The notes under the pieces were generated by a model, which worked only from the letters and a program-made list of their open reading frames with translations, made no database searches and had not been told where the DNA came from. The translations under genes were made by a program, and so were the position numbers. DNA of 64,000 bases from Hydrolagus affinis (Eukaryota): positions 62,001-126,000 of the forward strand of contig JAAILG010000109.1 in the NCBI GenBank assembly GCA_012026655.1, written 5' to 3'. This document shows, one piece after another, positions 13,450 through 25,617 of this stretch (position 1 is the stretch's first letter; each line of letters opens with the position of its first letter).

Positions 13450-16100
13450 TGAAGGCTCTGGAAGACCTGTGCTTCACACAAAATCTGACTGACAACAGGA
13501 GCCAGTGTTTGCAGTCTTATCTTCAATCAAGTGGAATTACTGGAAGGCAGATGCTGCGAAAGTGCCTTCTCTACTCTGCGTGATAAGAAGAAGATGGAGG
13601 TGACCTTCAAGGGGGAAATATAGGAAAAGAAATATGAAAAATGGACAAGATTATTAAAAAGCTTCAGTCCCACTGAAATCCCTGCAAGAGTGCAGGTCAG
13701 AACGTCATGTTTAGGTGGAGAGTCAATTGATGATTACATGATGGATTTGCAATATAAAGCTTGGTCATGTCATTTTGATAACCTAGCTTGTGTCTGATGA
13801 GAGATTGCATTATCTGTGGAATTCTAAGCTTCCAAGTCTGTGAGAAAGTCCTTTACATGGATTTGAGCAAACCATTGGACAAATCTATTGCCAAGCAAGT
13901 GAGATAGGCGAGTTGCCAGTAAAATTGTGAGTGCTCAATGATAATTTCAAGGTCCCGTCAAGTGAAAAGTATTGTACAAAGCAATACCTACAAATAAGAA
14001 ACTTGTTGAAAGTGACATTGTTTGCAGTTGCATTCCAAGCTCAAACAACGCAACATGCATGCTCAACATCAGAGGTAGGTAGCACAAAAGAACACTGTCA
14101 TCACTCAAAAGCAAACCTATGTGTACCATCTTGAGTTCGAAATCTAAACTGCAAAATAAAAGCAGAAAAAGCGTGCAATTGTAAAAAAAAACACCACAAA
14201 TAACAGCTCTAGGGTCAGATGTGCAATTTCATAACAGCTTTAACACAGGACTAAAATATTGTTCAGAAGCAATGTGATGGCACTTGCGAAACAGTAGGCT
14301 CAGTGAATCTGGAGTGGAAAGCACAATTATATTGCTTCCCCTGAATCATTCCAGCATAAGAGTGAGATGACCTAAATGACACTAAACACCAGTTAAATTT
14401 TCAAGTCATTTAATAACTAGGAATGTAAGTGGCTCTCTTAACATTAAAAACCCTTTAGGGCTTTGCATCAGCTTCACTGAAATCAGTTATATTGCAATCA
14501 CGCACATTTATTCAAATCAGAAATCACCTCCTAGAAAGAGGATTTGAGAGGTCTTGGAGAGGAATAGAATGTTGGAGATGGGTACAGGGAAGTTTTTTTC
14601 AGGATGGGGGTGATAACAGCCATCTTCAGTGTCGGTGAATAAGAAAAGGTTGATGATGTCAGTTAGGAGAGGTTCTATGAGGTGGAGCTGAGGGATGAGG
14701 AGAGATGTGGGAATGGAGTCGAGGGAGCAGGTGGTGGGTTTCATTTTTAAGATGATAGCAGAGAGGGCGGGCGGAGGGAGAGATAGGGTCAAAGGTGTAT
14801 AGTGAGGGGTTGGTGGGGGCTGGATCATGTGGGAGAGGTGATGGGGGCGTAACAGTAGATGGGGTAGAGGTAGCTGAACAGATCCCCTCAATTTTAGATT
14901 CAAGGAAGTCCAACATCTTCTGGAATTGGAGGAGAGTAAGGGTGAGGCTTAGGAAGGTGGACAGAGGAGAAGATTAGTGGTGAAGAAGAGGAGCCTGGGG
15001 TTATCCTTGGCTGCTAAGATTAACTTGGAGTAGACAGAAGACTTGGCAGAGGTGAGGCCAGAGCGGTAAGTCTTAGTACGATCCAGGCAAATCTGCTGAT
15101 GAACCATTAATTTGGATTTGGTCCAGGAATGTTTAGCAGCTCGCACTTATGCCTTGAGGCATCAGAGATGGCTGGTGTACCACGGGGAATCACGGGAGTA
15201 AGAATCAATGGCAGTAGAGCAATTATCACACCACACATTTCGCCCTGCATTTGCAGAAGTACATCTCATAGATTACAAGGCAAAACAAACTACTGTGATA
15301 CACTTTACAAAATATTCTATTGGTTGTCCTCCTAAACCACTGGACTGAAGTGACAATCTCGAAGTGAATATCTTGCAAAAGTATATTGAAGCAGTGAGAC
15401 ATTGAAGGCACACTACAGAATTAATCAAGAGTCTGTCATATAAATTGATGCAGCAGTTCCCACAAAGGCGAACGTTAGAATTTGCCAGGACCCACACTCT
15501 AACTATTTTATGCCAATATCACAAATAGATGCCATTTGTCCTCAGTGTATGATGTACATCATTGGTGATTACATGCAACATTCATTACTTATCCACAAAG
15601 GTGAAAGCAAATATTCTGCATGCCAGATTTACAGTGTGAGACGACAATGGCACAGTGGGATGTTATTGGCAGCAGTACATTTTGTTTAGCAGTATGCTGT
15701 TACCAAGAGGTAGCTATGTTATCATTAGTGGAAAGTTACAAATGTAGCTGTAGATTTTACACTGAGGTTAAAGACTTATGATGCCTTTTTGCTCCTCGGT
15801 TGAATGGGAGGGAAGAAGGAATTCCCAAATATCTTACTGCATTTGAATTAATTAATAGTCTTGCAGAATCTCGTCAGAGTATATGGTTAGATGTTGAGTA
15901 AAAGTTTATGAAATAAAGTTCAGAGAAATAACATTTGAAAATGTAAAAATTGGTACCATTGATGTGTTTCTAGAAACATCAGGGTCTAAAATGTGGGATT
16001 TCTTATAAAAGGCATCAGAGTTGAGGATACCATATGTGATTTCTCAAGTCAAGCCTTGCAATGCTCATTCAATTCCAGTGTAAGATTGTGGCATTGAACA
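13450..16100 (+). mobile_element. Decayed Gypsy/Ty3-type LTR retrotransposon (gag and pol remnants) split by an L2
   Basis: 13700-13890 translates, with frameshifts, ERHV..GESIDDYMMDLQYKAWSCHFDNL / LMRDCIICGIL..VCEKVL, matching the Gypsy gag pattern ERH.F...GESID....L...A..C.F....RD.IV.GI. 15474 reads VRICQDP, resembling RT LRICLDP. LTRs not recognised; outer bounds approximate. Confidence 0.6.
14535..15150 (-). mobile_element. L2 LINE ORF2 fragment (EN-RT linker into the start of RT), frameshifted
   Basis: Minus-strand ORFs give LTSAKSSVYSKLILAAKDNPRLLF, MKPTTCSLDSIPTSLL..LLTDIINL and PISNILFLSK, typical of L2 ORF2. Confidence 0.88.
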
Positions 16101-16299
16101 ATGACATTGCATCCAGTGCCACAGAAAAGTGGAAAATTCTATAAAACCGGCATACAATCTAACAATTACTACAGTATTCACGTACAATATCAGAATATCA
16201 AATGCATTTCTATAGTGAAAATTGCTTCCTACTTAGAATAAACTACAGAATGCAGTTTGCCTCCTTGTTACCCCAAGTCTGTAGATTTTCCTTCCTCTA

Positions 16300-16452
16300 C
16301 GCACCCCACCCTCCCACCCCTCTGCAAACCCCATTTCAACCCCGCTCTATTTCTACCTTTGGCCTTGTGTAACGGTCACCTCCACATTTTGTGAAGTCCT
16401 CCAAGAGGCTATCCTACATGAACGGTAGTGTACAAGTTCAAGTTGATGTTGT
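16300..16452 (+). mobile_element. Old L2-type 3' end
   Basis: C-rich 3'UTR followed by tgtgaagtcctccaagaggctatcctacatgaacggtagtgtacaagttcaagttgatgttgt. Confidence 0.5.
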
Positions 16453-17357
16453 ACTTCATAATATCCAGAATGGTAGTGGAGTGGTGGTGTGGGGGAAGTG
16501 TGAAATGAAACTCTAATGCTGGACATGATATATATTCACTCACTGCAACAGCAAGAGACTTATCTACACTGGTATGTCACAGAAGATGGAAAACAAATGT
16601 CTGCTATAACTGAGATTGAGGTCTCTGTTTTAATAGTATGGCTTAGCTTATCACCGAGGTGCAGGGGAAAAAGGGAAAGTTTGATGGAATTTTTTTTCAC
16701 CATGCTCTTGAAAAACAAATCACATATATCTGTTCTAGCTGAGATCTGTCAAGTTAAATTCACAGGCTGATACAAAGGGTTCCAAGAAGCAAGGTTGTTG
16801 TTTTTTTCCCTTTTTGGGCTTGTCATATACGAATGCTATGCTCAGTGACAGATGTGTGTAAATGAAAGGTTCTTGATGGCAATCATAGAGGAAAAAGGAT
16901 GTCAGAAACTTTTTTGCAATGGACGAATAAGATTTATTGCCATGAAATATCTGAATCCCAAATGCCCAACTTGAAATTTTTGCGAAAACATATAGCGCAA
17001 TTGTCTGAAGTCAATTGCCTTGTACAGTTTGAGTTAATATGTATAGGTATGGCACAACATGGAATGAGATTTTGGATAAAAATGGCTGGTTTCTTTTATT
17101 TTCTCTTAAATTGACATAAAATGAATGAAATCTATGTTACTTCTGAGGTTCGATTTAGTCACTAAAGTTAGTGATGCAAGAAATTTCTTAACCTATGTAT
17201 CAGACTTACCCTTTTTTGAAAAAAAACACAGTATTTAAAAACCGAGGCAGCATAGAGGAACAACTGTATTTGCAATGGCCATCTGATGTAAATCCCAAAT
17301 CAAACTAAAATGTTAAAACTCAAAACCCTGCAGAAATCTGGAAGAATTGCAGACTAA

Positions 17358-17359
<2 letters not shown>

Positions 17360-17388
<29 letters not shown>
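17360..17388. repeat. (TA)n microsatellite
   Basis: Visible directly in the sequence. Confidence 0.95.
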
Positions 17389-17390
<2 letters not shown>

Positions 17391-17399
17391 CATCAGCAA

Positions 17400-17645
17400 C
17401 AATGTTGGGTGAATTGAGGATATGCAATCTAAAATCTCACTGGACATGTCAGCGGTACCACTGGAGTCACGAAAGGAAGAAATATTTTGCACCTGGTGAT
17501 GTGGGTTTTGAAAGGGAGTTAATGGGTAAAGTGAAATGATTAGAAAAGAGTACCTGGGGTTGGACAATGTGTGGCAGGAGTTCATATATGTGCAGTATGA
17601 GCAAAGTAGGAGAGAGAATGGAGTCATGTGGAACCTCCAACTTCA
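17400..17645 (-). mobile_element. Decayed Crack/CR1-like RT fragment
   Basis: Minus strand reads VPHDSILSPTLLILHIYEL then SNP.YSF, resembling GVPQGS.LSPTLFLLHINDL..NPI.SFADDSTL. Confidence 0.45.
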
Positions 17646-17739
17646 TGCAAATAGACAGAAGTTAAACCATCAACTTCAGTTCAGTGAACAAAGGGAAACT
17701 AGGTTACCATGAACACATACTGCAAGAGATTTAGTGAAG

Positions 17740-17990
17740 TCATAGAATCAATAAGTTTTACTTTGATAATGGATTGTCTAGACAAGATGAAACAATGTCA
17801 TCCATGGCAATAGTTCTAATTGAGCACGAGTCACAAGTAGAGTCCCTTTGGGATCAGTCCAGAGACCATTATAGTTCATAATTAATTACCTTAATGAGAA
17901 AACTGTCAGTAGAATCTCTATAACCAGAAATGGCACCAGGTTATATGGTAATACACGATGACTAAAGGAAGTTGTAGTTCAAAGAGAATA
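17740..17990 (+). mobile_element. Decayed CR1 RT fragment
   Basis: 17830 onward reads VTSRVPLGSVQRPL*FIINYLNEKTVSRIS, resembling VTSGVPQGSVLGPLLF..INDL. Confidence 0.6.
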
Positions 17991-19269
17991 CACAATTAAA
18001 TCTGGTAAAGGAGGAAATGGTTTTTCATGAGATTATTAACTACATTGGCTATATATAAAATGTTGTCTCCAAAACCTCAGAGGGAATATTTGGTATGAAG
18101 ATTAATGCCACATCCACTCCAGGGCAAATTAATGTAACAGACATTATTACTCTTAGATGAAGGTTCCCCACTAGCAGCAGGTATTAAAGCATTACATTTA
18201 TACAGTGACTTTTTCAGCTGTCCTGACAAGTCTGGTTTAGATTGATGAGCAATTCACAGTCTGCAATGTAATGTCTGTCAATATCAAAGTTTTAGTTAGT
18301 CTCTGAGAGGTCATATTAAAATTAGAAACTGGTAAGTTTTTCTACAAAAATGGACTCTCGCCTACTTTAAATAACACAAAGATTTAAGGTCTTATCTTAA
18401 ATTATAAGTTTAAATACCTTAGTGTATTAATATTTTGTTAGAATAAAAAGAACTTTTAAGAAGCAATTATATTTTTATTCTTGTTCCAATGTTCTTCCCT
18501 TCTCTCCTGAAGGTATGGATTTATGCAAATGTACAGTTCCATGGTTTGAACTCCTTTCTGATACAGTTCACTCTTCAAATTCACACTGAATTTGTGTGAA
18601 TTTGCAAGCTGTTTGAGTATGAGTGAGGGGGTCACTATTTATTGTTATTTATTGTGTGCATTTCCATTCCTTCAGCATGTGGTGGCGAAATAACCTCTAT
18701 TTAAGATAAATGTGATAAAATAAAATGTAATAGAAAATAAGTTGAAATGTGAATCAGATCTGTCAGAACATATGTTTGCTTACAATGTTAGTGGAAAGAA
18801 AATGAAAATAACCTGTTATTGTTTCCCACCAAATACATTATGCACAATTGTATAGCCTCCGTCTTCCCAAGTCCGTTAAAATTGAAGATGTGCTTCTTTA
18901 TTGTACCATTCAAGAATTTCAAGAGCTGGCAAAATCATTCAGACTCAATCAGCAGCAATTGGTAGGGTTACCGTAAATAGGTTTCCTATCAAATATATAG
19001 CTTAGTTTTCATCAGTGTTCAACCTCCAGCCAAAAGCACAACAGAGAGTTTGAAGGTTTATTAATGATTTATCCATTTGAGTATAAAAGGCTTTACTTCA
19101 ATGTTTCTGCATTTAGTAATAGACACACAATGTTGCTCAATTACAAGTATGACAATTGCATAAATATACTGAATGGGAGTCTTGTGATGGGATGCATCTC
19201 TCAGAGAATTGGCTCATTCCTTCCTCTGCATAGCTCAGAGGACAGGCATTATGATAGTAATAACAACTT

Positions 19270-19593
19270 GATTTTGATATAGTATCTTATCATGCACACA
19301 GCAATGTCCCACAAAAAAAGCCATAAAATGAATGATTCATTTGGGAAAATTTTTGGTCATGACACCATGATAAACTCAGCTCAATTTTCAAATAATGCTA
19401 CGAGATCTATAATATCCATTTGAACAGCAGATGGGATTTCAATTCAATATCCCATTTGAAGAACGGTGCATCTGACAACAAGGCTTTCTCCTAGCATTGC
19501 ATTGGAGTGTGATCTCAATGTCCTGAAGTGAGGCTTGAATCTAATACCTTTTGACTCAGAGGCCAGAGTACTACCAACCGAGCCAGGTTGACA
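19270..19593 (-). mobile_element. Ancient near-full-length DeuSINE (SacSINE1/AmnSINE1-like; tRNA head plus Deu domain)
   Basis: Reverse complement starts gtgtcaacctggctcggttggtagtactctggcctctgagtcaaaagg..gattcaagcctcacttcaggac (A/B boxes) and runs to tttgtgggacattgctgtgtgca. Family assignment is from recalled consensus. Confidence 0.7.
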
Positions 19594-21993
19594 CCTACTA
19601 TATTAATTGCTCCCCAATCAAATGCAGCACTTACAATAAATCCTAGACTTGGCCATAATACTCCACAAGATTTTCCAATAGATTACAAGCAGCAGCAATT
19701 GGATTTATTGCTTGCGGATTTAGTACATGCTGTTATTCCATTAAATCATACTATGTGGGGGATGGAGTGGTGGGGGGTGGGTAGGTGAGGGATCAATTCT
19801 CCCCAAACCTTTTTTTTTAAGATTTCTTCTACTCTGCAGGTTATAACGAAAGTTGTTGGCAGAATTCTGATTAATTTCATTCTGTATGCAAAATGCAAAT
19901 CCAATCACCTCAGCTTCACCTCTGTTTTGGCAAGAGCTGATCGCAGAATACTAAAGCCAAGTATGCGTTGTCCTGCTTGGAGAAAAAAAAGTTAATGAGG
20001 GAATGCCCAATATAAAGGTAGGAGAGGAAAACCCAGTCATGACAAGATGGCAAATGGAAGAAGTAGTCTAAGATAACATCAGGTAGACGAGGAATGTGAA
20101 TGGAAGAGAAGCCTGATAGAAGAGTTGATGACAGAGCTGAAAGGAATTTCACAGACACAATGAGAGACAGATCTGAGAAAGATAGATGGGGTGAAACAGG
20201 AATTTAGATAAAATTGGATTGGGAGGAAGCATATCAGAAAGGCAGAGTGGGTAGGAGGATGCCTATTGGAAAAAAAAACTTGAAGAGATATTTGGAGATA
20301 TGGACAATAGGAGAGAAGGTCAAGGGGAAATGGCCAGTCAAGTCAAATTATCATTTCATTGAGAATATTTAACCATCTTTTGCACTTTTGCAAAGCGAAT
20401 TACCTGGAAAGGATAATACATCATGTCAAAGTTTACTTACGGTCCCCAACCTTTTGATGAATTTATCTTGTTTTGTACTGTGTTGAGACAAGATGCATGT
20501 GCTGTGTCAATGAAAAATAATCTGGAATGTGCCTGTGAGATGCACAATTTAGTGAGAGTTAAAAAACAGAGGAATTTGTAGCAGATTGGAGTAATCAAGA
20601 TTTTGATCATGCTTTTCTAGACCAAAATTTAAGGAAACTCTCTCTCTCCTTTGCCATATTTTTGGACTCTGATAATAATGCATGTTATCCATTCAGATAG
20701 TTTAACCAACTATACAAACATTTTAGACACACATATCGTACTTCATTAACATTTACAGTACATGACGCCATTACACTATGTCGTTTATTTTGACAAGGGT
20801 GAGATTGATATAATTCTCTGACAATCACAGCAAGGTAGAACATTTTTCATTATTGTCTGCCCATTATCTTGCACTGAGAGTGCATTAGAGATAAAGGGGG
20901 TGTCACACCTTTGTCTTAGATTGGCTGCAGACAAAACAAATAAAGCATTTTATTCATTGGTAGGACACAATGCACAAGATATAAAAATGACTCAAACCTG
21001 ATTAAACATATCAACTTTTACCAAAGGTGAGGCTGCAAGTATGAACACAAAATCAATCATAAACCTGAAGTAATTTACAAGCAGCTCACGACTCAGACAC
21101 TGTGACCAAGAAGTCGTCCCCTAAAATGTGAACAATAAAATGCTTCAAGTAACTACACCTCAATGATAAAACGGCCATCTAATCTGATACTAGATGTTAA
21201 AAATGAAAAAATTGATGCGACTTCTAAGTCTGGAAATAATCATACAATGGGCAAGCATGTGGGGAAGGGGAGGATTTCTTCCATCCTGCTTATCAAAGGT
21301 GCATTTCTCAATTCAAATTTCACCATGACCTTGTTGGATACTTGAAGAGTATCCAATTACTTGAAGAGTAAATTAACAATTAACAAAAGGGTCATAATTA
21401 GAAGGGCAGGGAGTATAAAAGGGGGACAAAGCATGTGGTTCAGAGTGATGGATTTATGAGCGTTTGGATTGATGAATAAAGAAGCCTATTAAGGCACTTC
21501 TTGATTTGGATCGATGTTGTTTCATTAGAAAGAATAACCCGATTGTCATGGTTTAGCCACCTACCACCTATGACTAATATTCTACAACTTAAGCAAAATC
21601 TTTTTAGTGGTAGTGCCTGGTGATTATAATCTGAAGAATTAGAATTGGCAATGTCCTATTGACAGTCAGCTCCTGTTTGCTTGAAAGGAAGATAAGATTT
21701 CATCTACACAGCAAGATCCAGATGCTAAATCAGCTTCAAGATGACAGCAAATGTTGCTGCAATAGGCATGTAGCTATTTCAAAAAGATGACCTTTCCTCT
21801 CTGTCACCTGTAGCAATTTCCATTCTGTATATGGATGGTCGTTAAACAGTTTTAAACTCACATATCTAGAATTTTGAAGACACCAAAAAAATCAAAGCAC
21901 AGTACATCCTGATTATTTTCCTTTATTGTGTTTCTGAAATAATACTTTAGTAGTCTCTCCCATATCTAACAACACATGTGGAAGAGATATTTA

Positions 21994-22056
21994 ATGCGCC
22001 TTGGGACGTCCTCCGGACATGAAAGGCGCTATACAGGTGTAATTTTGTTGTCGTTG
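21994..22056 (+). mobile_element. L2 3' tail only
   Basis: gcgccttgggacgtcctccggacatgaaaggcgctatacaggtgtaattttgttgtcgttg. Confidence 0.85.
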
Positions 22057-22320
22057 GCTTCGTAACTATGCAAGTTCATAGTTACGTTCAAGTTTAAATA
22101 TTAAATGATAGACCGCTTTCCTGATTTGTTCAGGGTTACATCCTAAGGGGGAGAGGCAACTAGACAAAGCATGTACAATATATAATTCAATTGCTTACAC
22201 TTTATAATAATGCTCAGCTGATATAAGGTTTAAGAAATGAGCCCTAATTGGGAGTCTATAGGAGTTTACCTCCTCTCTTTCTCAGAGCCTGCTACCACAC
22301 ACAGTCACAGAGAAATACAC

Positions 22321-22351
<31 letters not shown>
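22321..22351. repeat. (GA)n(GACA)n microsatellite
   Basis: Visible directly in the sequence. Confidence 0.9.
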
Positions 22352-23319
22352 GAAGAGATGGTTTGGAACAGATTCCATGGAAAAATTGCAGCCATACTTT
22401 TCTATTGGCATAGTTCATAAGTAAATACCAGCCCAATCAATCAACTTAGTTTTCTCTTGATAGATATTCTGAGAAGGTCTATTTGTCTGTGTGTCTTGCC
22501 ATCTTGCACCTTTTGGATTGTGCTCAGTGCAGGCTGAAAATGGCACTTCCATTTTGCTGTTAGCCTAGGCATGGAAAACGTGGTCTAATAGGGTAAAGGA
22601 ACAATTACAGACTAATGTGGGTAATAGCATAATGCTTGATTGTACTGCTGTATTTATACCTCACTTTTTGTGGTGAATCACCATGCAAACATAGTGTAAA
22701 TTAGCGTCATCATGGCTAAATAGGTTCAGTAGCATGATGGGAGGGTGAATATTCTCAAAGGTTGAGATCTGCTGCCGAAGACCATTTCTTCATTCAAACC
22801 AACTTGGTGATTATTCCGGAAAAAGTATTGCATTGTTGCCACTGTTACTGAGATCACATTGGGAAGATTTTGGCAACACTTAACACCCCCATTGTAATAT
22901 TAGCACAGCAGTGTGAAACAATTCCACCTCGACACTCATTTTTATGTGTTTAAACAAACTATCACAAACTTTTGATCAAACCTTTTCAAAATACCATTTT
23001 TTTTTAACTCTGCAATATTAATGAACATGAACTGACTGACAAACATCAAGCTTTGTTTACACTGGTACAAACCAGTGTTTGCTAATGACTGATTATTGAA
23101 ACATTAAGTAAGGATTGTCTTATTTAATTTTGGCAATATCAAACATTTTAGTCATGTCTACACTTTCAAATTTACACAGTGGTGTAGTTGAACAGAATAC
23201 AGATTACATTCTGAGGTTGTCTAAAAAAAATGAATAAAAGTTAATCCTCAAATAAAAGAGTTATATAACGGAATGCAGAATTAACAAGGAACTGTTAATT
23301 CCACATGTTGAGCCCTCCA

Positions 23320-23625
23320 ACATATTGATTGTAGTATTCGCCTCACAAGCGAGATGACAAGTTGATTCCCAGGCAGGGCAACAACACCTTAGACAAGTTT
23401 CCCTACTCCACATGCTGTTTATCTGGCAGAAAGTAGGAATCCAGTTGTTAGTCAGTTGGCCCTTATATGTATATATATATATATATACACATATATACAT
23501 ATATATATACACATATATACATACACATATATACATATATATATACACACACACAATTTTTGTGTATATAAATTGTGGGACGCTGTTTCACCCACAAAAT
23601 ATACAGTAAATTCACTTTACACAGG
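23320..23625 (+). mobile_element. Long-form member of the tRNA-Ala SINE family, middle occupied by a TA/CA microsatellite
   Basis: Head tagtattcgcctcacaagcgag..ttcccaggcaggg..acaagtttccctactcc matches the 44306 head. It is followed by an extra body (tgctgtttatctggcagaaagtaggaatccagttgttagtcagttg), the microsatellite, and the tail ttgtgggac..cccacaaaatatacagtaaattcactttaca. Confidence 0.7.
23464..23554. repeat. Compound (TA)n/(TACA)/(CA)n microsatellite
   Basis: Visible directly in the sequence. Confidence 0.95.
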
Positions 23626-24506
23626 GTTCAAAGAAAATTGGCAAATTAGAAAATGTCATTGTGTAAGTCACAAAGCACAAATAAACACATCTTACGAATC
23701 TCAATGATTCATGGGACCTTGTGGAGAACATTGTGTGAAAGAATGAATGAAATTAAGGATCAAACATTCTTTAAACGGAGCACTTCTTTTAGTTCACCCG
23801 GGAGGAATAAGATTATGTGGGCAGAGTTTGGAGCTTCACTTCCCACACCCCACCCACCTCCACTTATAAATAAGTAATGCATATTAGAAAATATATTGGA
23901 AGCGTTTCAATTTTCAAGGCTACCTAGCTAAATAGGAAAGAATAGCCATCTGGTAATTTACGTTTTCATATGAAATACAGAGATCTCAGATCTTGTATTA
24001 GTAATAATGCCATGTTCAATTCTGTAAGAAATCTTGCAAGTTTTGAGCTGCAGAGATTCAGCAGATGAGTATGAATTTTGCCTGTTCATTTAGCACACTT
24101 TATTTCCATTCCCATTATCTCTAGGCTGGAGAAGCTTGTGGGAGTAGAAGAATGGGCAAGTGATCCATCACTAAAGACATGCTAAGTGTCAGGGGGATCT
24201 GGAGGCATATCAAATTTACAGGATTTGACAAGTGCAACCGTCACTAACTACCCCCTCCCATTTCCAGCATTTTAAGAGTCTAACAGTGGTTCCTTGTTTG
24301 TTACCGGGCTGAAATTTGTGGGCTGAAAAAGTCAAACATTTGCATTGATATTCTGCCCTTTATTAAATATTTTAAAGTATCTTATTCCATTTTCCAATGG
24401 ACAACATCTCCATCAATGAAATACTTTAAACAGTATTCTAATGCAGCCTTAGATAAATTAAGAGTTTAAGTCGAAGTGGGGCTGAAGCCACAACCTTCAA
24501 TCCAGA

Positions 24507-24573
24507 AGCGCCTTGGGACGTCCTCCCGACGTGAAAGGCGCTCTATAAATGTAATTTGTTGTTGTTGTTGTTG
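24507..24573 (+). mobile_element. L2 3' tail with (TGT)n end, apparently inserted in an old minus-strand DeuSINE head
   Basis: agcgccttgggacgtcctcccgacgtgaaaggcgctctataaatgtaatttgttgttgttgttgttg; flanks gaagtggggctgaagccacaaccttc and ctgctaactgag resemble 19525-19585. Confidence 0.85.
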
Positions 24574-25574
24574 ACTGCTGCTAACTGAGAAGAAGAAAAA
24601 TATTATTTAAAAAGTTGGGAAAAAATCAATTGAAATTGGCTGCTTAGAAATATCTTGGGACACTTCACTAAAGTGGTCTACACAATTTGGTAGACCATTT
24701 ATTTCTAAGTTGAGTTTGTCGCACATATTGCATTCAAACTTTGTTTTTCCATAGAAAAAAAGAATAATTTCTTTAAGGTGCTCACTGTAGCTGGACTCCC
24801 ACACAAATTGACACTCCTCAAACCAGTACTGTATCATTGTATTTTCCACGGATAAAGAATTACGAGTACACAATAAAAACGAAGGCATGCATTATTTTAC
24901 ACTTTCATATTTTAACCTTAGTTCAGTACACTTCTCTTTCTATACACTAATACTCATTTTGATTCATTGTTAAAACATAGAACACATGATCATGAGAAGT
25001 CTGTTCCACCAGTTTTTAAATTAAAATCTAGTATTTTATTATGCCATTAATAACATTTCCAATTCTTCAATCTTCCAATAAATGGGTATTATTTTGTTTA
25101 GCTAAACATGTAATTGTGGTCTATGGTAGAATTGTTTTTAACTAAATTATATCAGTGCGATTTGGTAGAGCACATGGCCTAGATTTGCAGTAGGAGAAAC
25201 AATTGTACTCACACTGGAGATCTTGATTCATTAGGTGGAGCTATGATTATTCAGACTTCTATCTTAGTTATCAAGGAAATCAACCTTTATGCATACATGA
25301 TTACTTGGATCAAACAGATAGTGTGAAAATTGCCTCATTAAAACAAAATATACCCCCCAAATATTGCCATTTTACACAATTATATTTAGGCAGCAAATTT
25401 GCTTAATACAAAAAATCTTCAAATGCTCAGAAGATTTTAATGTATGTGTTTCATTAGTGCACTCGTAAGAGGAAATTAAGAATTTAGAACCTTTCATCTC
25501 ACAGCTGGATCAATTTTTTTAAAAAAGTACAGTAATGTGCAGGATTACAATTGATAGGGTTGGATCATGAATTA

Positions 25575-25617
25575 ACGATGTGATAAGGCACTATATTAAA
25601 TGCAAAGATTATTATTA
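25575..25617 (+). mobile_element. SINE tail stub
   Basis: gatgtgataaggcactatattaaatgcaaagattattatta. Confidence 0.6.

Noticed and set aside
19950-20340. Purine-rich stretch, possible antisense LINE remnant (similar at 8170-8340)
   Set aside because: No convincing protein motif recovered by eye.
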